Assembly: GCA_965223855.1 (NCBI GenBank)
Contig: CBDCXM010000009.1
Span: 992,001-1,056,000 of the forward strand
Source: Candidatus Multivoradales bacterium
GTDB taxonomy: Bacteria; Acidobacteriota; Thermoanaerobaculia; Multivoradales; JAHEKO01
Reading direction: 5' to 3'
DNA: 64,000 bases
Every line of letters begins with the position of its first letter. Within the stretch, counting starts at the first letter, position 1. A program made the translations under genes and the position numbers. The notes under the pieces were generated by a model, which was not told where the DNA came from, did not search any database, and saw only the letters and a list, made by a program, of their open reading frames with translations. Below are positions 57,565 through 64,000 of the stretch, piece by piece.

Positions 57565-58149
57565 GTGCCGACGGGTCCCGGTGACGTCACGAGACTCCTG
57601 CAAGCCTGGGGAGACGGTGACCCGGAGGCTCGCGATGAGCTGATTCCCCTGATCTTCGACGATCTGCGAAGGATCGCTCAGCAGTACTACTCGCGCGAGC
57701 GGCAGGGCCACACCCTCCACCCCACGGCGCTCGTCAACGAGCTCTATCTGAAGCTCGAGGGGCGCAAGGGGCCGCCATGGCGCAATCGCGAGCAGTTCTT
57801 CGCTGTGGCGTCCAAGATGATCCGCCACATCCTGGTCGACTATGCCCGCCGGCGCAGCGCGCAGAAGCGCGGCGGCGACGCGATACGAGTCGTCTTCGAC
57901 GAGGCGATGTCGTTCTCCGAGGGCAGGAGCGACGAACTCCTCGCTCTCCACGAAGCGCTCGCTCGCCTGGCCGAGGAGGATGCGCGGAGCGCGAGGGTCG
58001 TCGAACTCCATGCCTTCGGCGGGTTGACCTTCGATGAGATCGCGAGGGTCCTGGACCTGGCCCGTAGCACCGTCATGCGGGACTGGAAGTTCGCGCGCCT
58101 GTGGCTGCGGAGGTACCTGTCCGGCACTCCGCCGGGCGAGTCGTCATGA
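57565..58149 (+). CDS. ECF sigma factor (TIGR02999-like, kinase-associated)
   Basis: VTRLLQAW..GD..ARDELIPL, HTLHPTALVNELYL, RHILVDYARR..AQKRGG, RDWKFARLWL. Confidence 0.93.
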   Translation: MPTGPGDVTRLLQAWGDGDPEARDELIPLIFDDLRRIAQQYYSRERQGHTLHPTALVNELYLKLEGRKGPPWRNREQFFAVASKMIRHILVDYARRRSAQKRGGDAIRVVFDEAMSFSEGRSDELLALHEALARLAEEDARSARVVELHAFGGLTFDEIARVLDLARSTVMRDWKFARLWLRRYLSGTPPGESS

Positions 58150-60476
58150 AGCCACCGGGAGACGAGACTCTCAAGCGCTGCCTGGAGCGGATCCTTGCGC
58201 TCGAGTCGAAGGATCGCAACGCCGCGCTGGAGGAGCTGCGCTCCAGGCAGCCCGACCTTGCTCGAGAGGTGATGTCGCTCCTCGAGTTCGATGAAGTCGA
58301 GGCTCTGTGGTCGGAGAGCCCCCTCTTCTCCTTGAGCCGGCCGGACCCGGGGCACCGGCTTGCGGTGGGCCGGCGAATCGGTCCTTATCGCATCGTCCAG
58401 AAGCTCGGCGAGGGAGGCATGGGATCCGTGGCGCGGGCGGTCCGCGAAGGCGACTTCGAACTCGAGGTGGCGATCAAGACTCTCGGTGCCGGCGTCACTG
58501 CCGGCAGCGCGACGAGGCGGTTCCGGCGCGAGCGCCGGCTACTGGCCCTCCTCGACCACCCCAATATCGCGAGGATCCTGGATGGAGGCGAGACGGAAGA
58601 GGGAACGCCGTTCTTCGTACTCGAGTTCGTCGATGGTAGCCCCATCGACATGCACGTCGCCCGCTCGCAGCTGTCGCTGAGAGCTCGCATCGAGCTGTTT
58701 CTCAAGGTCTGCTCTGCCGTGAGTTCAGCCCACGAGCATCTGGTGATCCACCGGGACTTGAAACCGGCGAACGTCCTGGTCGATCGGGACGGTGAGCCGA
58801 AGGTGCTGGACTTCGGGATCGCCAAGCTCATCGATAGCGGAGTCGTGGGCGACGATCTGACGTCGGATCATCAGCTACCCATGACCCTGCGCTACGCGAG
58901 CCCCGAGCAGCTCCGCGGCAACGAGCTCACGACCCGCTCCGACATCTATTCCCTGGGGGTTGTGCTGTTCGAAGTGTTGACCGAGAGGCACCCGTTCGCC
59001 GAATCCGGTGACGACGCCCTGGCGCTGGTCGAGGCGATCGGTGGGCCGCGGCCGCTACCCAGCAAGGTGGCCGGGAGCAGCGATCTGGCGGGGGATCTGG
59101 ACAGCATCGTGCTCAAGGCGATGGCTCCTCTTGCCGGAGATCGCTATCGGACGGTCGATGAGCTGGCGAGCGACCTCGAGCGCCATCTCGAGGGCCTCCC
59201 GGTTCGAGCCCGGGAGGCGACCGTCGCCTACCGGTTGTCGAGATTCGCGGCCAGGCATCGGGCAGCGCTCCTGGCGCTGGGCGCGTTCCTGGTGCTTCTC
59301 ATGAGCACCACGGCCGCAACGACGATCCTCTGGCGGCGGGCCGTCGAGCAGCGATCGCTGGCCGATGCGGCGCGAGCGCGTTCGGACACGGCTCTCGAGT
59401 TCACCAAGGACCTCTTCTGGAACTCGCTCGAGGCACCCGGGGTCGAAGGTCAGCCTCAGGCCATGGATCTGCTCCGCAGGGCCGAGGAGGCGCTCAACGA
59501 CGAAGGGGGCGATCCGCTGGTGAGGGCCGATCTGCTCGGCTCCGTCGGCCAGGCACTGGTTCGCCTCGGTCGGCTGGAAGAGGCCCGGCGGCCCATCGAC
59601 AAGGCCGAGCAGTTGCTTCGCGCCGAGTACCCGGAGGACCATCCCGAGCTGACCGAGGTGCTCAGCAACCGCGCCAGCCTCTACTTCCGGCTCGGGCGAT
59701 ATCGCGAGGCCGAGCCTCTCTACCGCGACGTACTCGCTCGACGCCAGGCACTCGGCGCTTCGAACCCGTGCGATCCGCGGCTCGTCAAGGCATGGGGGAA
59801 TATGGCGCTGATTCTCGCCACACAGGGAGAGGTGCGCGAGCCCGAGCGGCTCTACCTCCGGGCACTGGCCTGCAGAAGGTCGAGCGAGTCGCCCGACTCG
59901 CCGGTGCTGGCGCGCAGCCTCCTGGGCCTGGGGTCGCTCTACCGTCAGTCCGGCGAGCTGGAGGAGTCGGAGCGCCTGCTGCGCGAGGCGCTGAGAATCC
60001 GACGGGCGAACTTCGCCGCCGACGATCCGAGGGTCGCGAGCGCTCTGTCCGCCCTCGGTCGGTTGCTGCTCCAGAAGGGAGACTCCCGGGAGGCCTCGGA
60101 GGTGCTCGAAGAGTCCCTGCGAGTTCGGCGGGCCGAGCTCGGAGCAGACCATACGAGTACCGCCCTGGGCGAACTCGATCTGGCGGAGCTCTACCTCGAG
60201 ACGGACCGCGAAGAGGCCGGAGAAGAACTGGTGACACATGCGCTGGCGAGCCTCGAGAGCCGACACGCGCCGGACTCGTGGGAGATCGCTCGGGCACGGT
60301 CGCTGTTGGCCCGCTGCCTGGCCGCGAAGGGCGAGACCGCCGAGGCGACACGGCTGCTTCGCGTGGCTCACGCCACCCTGAGCAGGGTGCGAGGCGCGAA
60401 GGCGCCTTACACGGTGGAAGCGGAGAACGCTCTCCTGGCGCTGGGCGAGTTTCCGGCAGCCGGTTCTGCCAGATAG
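58146..60476 (+). CDS. membrane Ser/Thr protein kinase with periplasmic TPRs
   Basis: ATGA overlap; LGEGGMG, VAIK, HRDLKPAN, DFG, YASPEQ; TM helix; kinesin-light-chain-type TPRs. Confidence 0.93.
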   Translation: MKPPGDETLKRCLERILALESKDRNAALEELRSRQPDLAREVMSLLEFDEVEALWSESPLFSLSRPDPGHRLAVGRRIGPYRIVQKLGEGGMGSVARAVREGDFELEVAIKTLGAGVTAGSATRRFRRERRLLALLDHPNIARILDGGETEEGTPFFVLEFVDGSPIDMHVARSQLSLRARIELFLKVCSAVSSAHEHLVIHRDLKPANVLVDRDGEPKVLDFGIAKLIDSGVVGDDLTSDHQLPMTLRYASPEQLRGNELTTRSDIYSLGVVLFEVLTERHPFAESGDDALALVEAIGGPRPLPSKVAGSSDLAGDLDSIVLKAMAPLAGDRYRTVDELASDLERHLEGLPVRAREATVAYRLSRFAARHRAALLALGAFLVLLMSTTAATTILWRRAVEQRSLADAARARSDTALEFTKDLFWNSLEAPGVEGQPQAMDLLRRAEEALNDEGGDPLVRADLLGSVGQALVRLGRLEEARRPIDKAEQLLRAEYPEDHPELTEVLSNRASLYFRLGRYREAEPLYRDVLARRQALGASNPCDPRLVKAWGNMALILATQGEVREPERLYLRALACRRSSESPDSPVLARSLLGLGSLYRQSGELEESERLLREALRIRRANFAADDPRVASALSALGRLLLQKGDSREASEVLEESLRVRRAELGADHTSTALGELDLAELYLETDREEAGEELVTHALASLESRHAPDSWEIARARSLLARCLAAKGETAEATRLLRVAHATLSRVRGAKAPYTVEAENALLALGEFPAAGSAR

Positions 60477-60528
60477 CTGCGAAATGCCGGAGGGCCGGCC
60501 GCTGCCGACCCTCCGGACACCTCGACAC

Positions 60529-60744
60529 CTAGGCGCCGAGCGTGCGCGCGACGAGGCTGGGCGGATCGGGCTCGTCCTCCTCACGGTCGTCGTCTTCGCA
60601 GCAGGACGCGAGGACGACTATCGGCGCCGGCTGGTCCGCCGACGATGGCGCTTCCCCGGCGCCGGTGCTCGCCGGAAGCCCCGACAGTGAGGCAATGGCT
60701 GCCACGGCCAGTAGTGCTGCGAGATGAATCCTGAACTGCTTCAT
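60529..60744 (-). CDS. small secreted protein (71 aa) with CC and acidic tail
   Basis: GGAAGGAG RBS, signal peptide MKQFRIHLAALLAVAAIA, SCCEDDDREEDE. Confidence 0.65.
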   Translation of the reverse strand: MKQFRIHLAALLAVAAIASLSGLPASTGAGEAPSSADQPAPIVVLASCCEDDDREEDEPDPPSLVARTLGA

Positions 60745-60819
60745 GGAGTGCTCCTTCCCTGAACGGGTGGGTGTTTCCGTGGCCCAACTGCTGATGGCCA
60801 CGGGGTTCAGGAGCACTCC
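60745..60819 (-). promoter_or_regulatory. long stem-loop in the 5' leader sequestering the RBS of the small gene
   Basis: GGAGTGCTC/GAGCACTCC, CTGAAC/GTTCAG and CCGTGGCC/GGCCACGG nested pairings. Confidence 0.6.
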
Positions 60820-60824
60820 TGCGT

Positions 60825-61436
60825 TTGGTGGAAAAACCGGTCACAGAGCGGGTAGGGTCTTCCCAGGTGAAGATCCAGGAAGACGTGATCCGTGCGTTGC
60901 GCGAGGCCTTCGCGCTGAGGGGATCCGTGGTCTCGGAGGACGAAGTCGTCCAGGTCGCGATGGAGTCGCTTCGCAGGACCGGCCGGTCGTGCCTGCGCTA
61001 TCTGCGGGGCAAGACGGCCACGTACCAAACGGACGACCTGATGATCGAGGCGGCCCTCGTTCTCTTCGGCAAGGAACCCAGGTTCTTCGAGAGCGAGAAG
61101 CACTTCGAGAACTGGGCCTGGCAGGTCGCCCGGCGGCTGCACATGGCACACTGGCAGCGGAAGTTGCGGCTGAAACGGGGAGGAGACTTCACCCACATCC
61201 CGATCGCCGACGTGGACCCCGCTGACGCCTCGACCGTGATGGACGTCGATGTCCTGGCGCTCTACGAGGCGCTGGTGGAACTCGATCGCACGGAGCCCGA
61301 GCTCGTGAGCGTGGTGACAGTGCGGTTCCTTCTCGGCAACTCCGTGCTCGAGACGGCCGAGCTGCTGGGCATGAGCGAGAAGACGGTGCGTCGCAAGTCC
61401 GACGCCGCCAAGGCGTGGCTGCGGAGCGTGCTCTGA
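60825..61436 (+). CDS. divergent ECF sigma factor (TIGR02999-like)
   Basis: TYQTDDLMIEAAL, RLKRGG, ALYEALVEL..VVTVRFLLG.SVLETAELLGMSEKTVRR..AKAWL. Confidence 0.8.
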   Translation: MVEKPVTERVGSSQVKIQEDVIRALREAFALRGSVVSEDEVVQVAMESLRRTGRSCLRYLRGKTATYQTDDLMIEAALVLFGKEPRFFESEKHFENWAWQVARRLHMAHWQRKLRLKRGGDFTHIPIADVDPADASTVMDVDVLALYEALVELDRTEPELVSVVTVRFLLGNSVLETAELLGMSEKTVRRKSDAAKAWLRSVL

Positions 61437-63466
61437 GAGGAAGCGAGGGGGCGGTGCGCCTCGGGGCCGACCTCGGCCAGCGTGTGATACCTCTGCTCGA
61501 GGAGTACTACGACTCGGTCGAGTCGGATCCGGAAGCCTGGGCGAGGGCTAGGATTCGCGATCGCGAGATCCTGGATGGGTTCGTCGAAGCTGCGCGGGCG
61601 AACGCAGCGGAGCCGATCACCTGGCAGGAGGGGGGGCTGCCCGAGATTGCGGGCTTCACCGACCTGCAGCCGATCGGCTCGGGCGGCCACTCGCTGGTGT
61701 TCCGGGCGCGGGAGACGGAGCTTCATGATCGCGCCGTGGCGATCAAGATTCCCAGGTCAGGGGCGCTGAGCGAGACGGCTCGCTCCCGCTTCGAGCGGGA
61801 GGTTCGAGCCCTTGTGCTGTTGCGCCACACCAACGTCGCCCAGGTCTACGGAACCGCGATGGCCGTCGATGGGCGGCCGTGCATCGTGATGGAGCTTGTC
61901 GAGGGGGTTTCGATCACCCGGCACTGCGACGCCTACGGGCTGGACACGAGGGCCCGCCTGGAGCTGTTCGCCCAGGCGGCAGCCGGTGTCGCCGCCGCTC
62001 AGGCGCGCGGGATCCTCCACCGCGATCTCAAGCCGAACAACCTGCTGGTGGTCCAGCAGATCGAGGGAGCGGTCGCCAAGGTGATCGACTTCGGAGTGTC
62101 CCGCCTCCCACCCGGACCGGCCGCCGCGACGACGGGAGGGTTGAAGGGCACGCTTCCGTACATGAGCCCGGAGCAGCTCGACGCCTCGTACGGTCCCATC
62201 GGGCCGGCGACGGACGTCTACTCCCTGGGCTTGGTTCTTTACAGCCTGGTGTACGGGCAACAACCCTTCGCGCGAGCGGAGCTCCAGGCCTACGAGGAGC
62301 AGAGGCTGGCGCGACAGGAGGTGCCGCCCATCCCTCCGGACGAGGCCGTGCGCCGGCCCGAAGACTCCAACGGCTCCCTCGAGAGCCTGCTCGCCGCGGC
62401 GCTCGCACCCCATGTACATGAGCGGGAGGCGACGGCCGCATCGCTTCTCGAACGCACGAGGAGCGCGATCGAAGAAGAGAAGGCCATGGGTCCTCGCGGC
62501 GGCGCCCGGCGCCGCGGTGCGCTGCTTGTGCTGGCCGGCGTTGTCGTCCTCCTGGCTGCAGTCGCAGTTTGGTTCCAGGGCCGGACGGAGCCTGCGGTCG
62601 ATACGGTGGCATCGCCCCCGTCGACCTCCGGCCTTCACGAAACTGCGGAGATGGATCAGGCGACACCAGCGGTGCGATCCGAGCCTGACGGCGCCGAGGC
62701 TGCGCCGGAGGACACCGAGCCGGCCGGAGATGCCGGTGCCGGATCTCGAGGAGAGGGCCCGGGGGAGGCTCCGACAGCTCGCCCGAGACGGACTTCCTGG
62801 CCCGCCGGAAGCAGGGCCGGCGAGACGAAGCTCAACCCGAGGGATGGGCTCGCGTACGTGTGGGTGCCTCCGGGCAGTTTCCTCTTCGGGTGCTCGCCAG
62901 GAGATGACGAGTGTGAGCCCGATGAGCAGCCGGCAGAGCGGAAGCAGGTGGCCCGCGGCTTCTGGCTCGGCGAATCCGAGGTCACGGTGTCCGCCTACGT
63001 CCGGGTGATGTCGCGTTCGCGGTTGCCCCCCTCCCCTTCCTTCAACGCCGAGTGGGGAGACGGGGATCAGCCGGTGGTCAACGTCGAGTATTCGGAAGCC
63101 ACGAGGTTCTGCACCCTCGCGGCCACTCGCCTGCCGACCGAGGTCGAGTGGGAGTACGCCGCTCGAGCAGGCGAAGCTCGAGAGCTGCCCCAACGCTTGG
63201 AGGATGCGGCCTGGTACTCCGCCAACTCCGCGCAGAGGGCTCGAGGGGTGAAACGAAGAGCGCCGAATCGGTTCGGCCTCTTCGACATGCTGGGCAACGC
63301 CGCAGAGTGGGTCGCGTCCGACCCACGCGGCGCCACGGCCGTGCTTCGAGGAGGGTCGTGGCGCCACGACGAAAGTTTCCTCCGCTTCTCCTTCCGCCTG
63401 ATCGACTCGCACGGGAGCCGAACTCCGATGTACGGCTTCCGATGCGGCGTCTTCGCGTCCGGCTGA
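61415..63466 (+). CDS. membrane Ser/Thr kinase fused to an FGE-sulfatase domain
   Basis: IGSGG, VAIK, HRDLKPNN, DFG, YMSPEQ; TM helix; RLPTEVEWEYAAR, NRFGLFDMLGNAAEW, RGGSW, GFRC; start uncertain (possibly GTG 61454). Confidence 0.9.
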   Translation: MAAERALRGSEGAVRLGADLGQRVIPLLEEYYDSVESDPEAWARARIRDREILDGFVEAARANAAEPITWQEGGLPEIAGFTDLQPIGSGGHSLVFRARETELHDRAVAIKIPRSGALSETARSRFEREVRALVLLRHTNVAQVYGTAMAVDGRPCIVMELVEGVSITRHCDAYGLDTRARLELFAQAAAGVAAAQARGILHRDLKPNNLLVVQQIEGAVAKVIDFGVSRLPPGPAAATTGGLKGTLPYMSPEQLDASYGPIGPATDVYSLGLVLYSLVYGQQPFARAELQAYEEQRLARQEVPPIPPDEAVRRPEDSNGSLESLLAAALAPHVHEREATAASLLERTRSAIEEEKAMGPRGGARRRGALLVLAGVVVLLAAVAVWFQGRTEPAVDTVASPPSTSGLHETAEMDQATPAVRSEPDGAEAAPEDTEPAGDAGAGSRGEGPGEAPTARPRRTSWPAGSRAGETKLNPRDGLAYVWVPPGSFLFGCSPGDDECEPDEQPAERKQVARGFWLGESEVTVSAYVRVMSRSRLPPSPSFNAEWGDGDQPVVNVEYSEATRFCTLAATRLPTEVEWEYAARAGEARELPQRLEDAAWYSANSAQRARGVKRRAPNRFGLFDMLGNAAEWVASDPRGATAVLRGGSWRHDESFLRFSFRLIDSHGSRTPMYGFRCGVFASG

Positions 63467-63503
63467 ACGAGCCGAACGCCCCGGAGTGTGGCACCCGAGC
63501 CGG

Positions 63504-63998
63504 TCAGTCCAGGCTCTGGTCGCGCAGGAAGTCGAAGACCTCGGTCGACGTCAGGACCCGGTCCTGGTTGAGATCCGCCGCCCCCAGGGTGCCCTCGGTC
63601 AGCCTGTCGAGAAACGTCATGGCAAGCCCTTCGTCCGCGTACCCCGGGTCCGGAGCGAGCACGACGATGTTCTCACTGCCCGCACCGAGATCGGCCAGCC
63701 GACCGATCAGCTGCCGGCGGCCGGCGGCTCCCCCGATGGCGTTGAGGGGCTCGAAAACGTCGAGCACGAGGATCACGCGTGCTTCAGGGTGCAACCCCTC
63801 GTCGAGCATGTAGGCGAGGTCCTCGAGATCGACCGCCGTCGCGCGAAGCTGCCCCGGCCGGGTGTCGCTCGTGGCCAGATAGGTACGGTCGAGAGGGAAT
63901 CCCGGCTCGCGAATTCCGTAGCCTGCGAAATAGACGATCAGGACCTCGGACGGCCCGAGGGCTCGCACCAGCCTGCCGAAGGAGGACTTCACGGCGGT
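63504..63998 (-). CDS. caspase-like domain protein with degenerate catalytic dyad, 5'-truncated by the window edge
   Basis: VYFAGYG (normally GHG), ILVLDVF (normally DAC), ADLNQDRVLT. Confidence 0.75.
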   Translation of the reverse strand, partial: TAVKSSFGRLVRALGPSEVLIVYFAGYGIREPGFPLDRTYLATSDTRPGQLRATAVDLEDLAYMLDEGLHPEARVILVLDVFEPLNAIGGAAGRRQLIGRLADLGAGSENIVVLAPDPGYADEGLAMTFLDRLTEGTLGAADLNQDRVLTSTEVFDFLRDQSLD

Positions 63999-64000
63999 GG

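Noticed and set aside
1-64000. tRNA, rRNA or known riboswitch
   Set aside because: No cloverleaf, rRNA-like or recognisable riboswitch sequence seen by eye; an Infernal/tRNAscan run would be needed to exclude them

Overview
High-GC bacterial window; the gene families suggest Acidobacteriota, possibly Thermoanaerobaculia, but this is inference. Bases 1-9,000 hold a polymorphic-toxin locus: a 5'-truncated Rhs/YD-repeat toxin and its immunity gene, an HUH/Y1 (RAYT-like) transposase bounded by 20-bp inverted repeats, an orphan Rhs core-tip/toxin cassette interrupted by an intact IS481-family element (GCTAGC target duplication), and further candidate immunity genes. Four of these unrelated genes end at or near a shared ~23-bp DNA motif. 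The rest is a patchwork of exported proteins and enzymes, RtcB, two type II toxin-antitoxin loci (YefM-YoeB and RHH-Doc) with visible operators, an ankyrin-PilN-PilO-like trio, and two ECF sigma/Ser-Thr kinase pairs next to a catalytically degenerate caspase-like gene. Four unrelated exported proteins share a C-terminal (I/L)F(A/Q)DGFE(S/T)GDT(S/Q)AWS tag. No rRNA, tRNA or CRISPR array was recognised. All family assignments are by eye from motifs; no searches were run.
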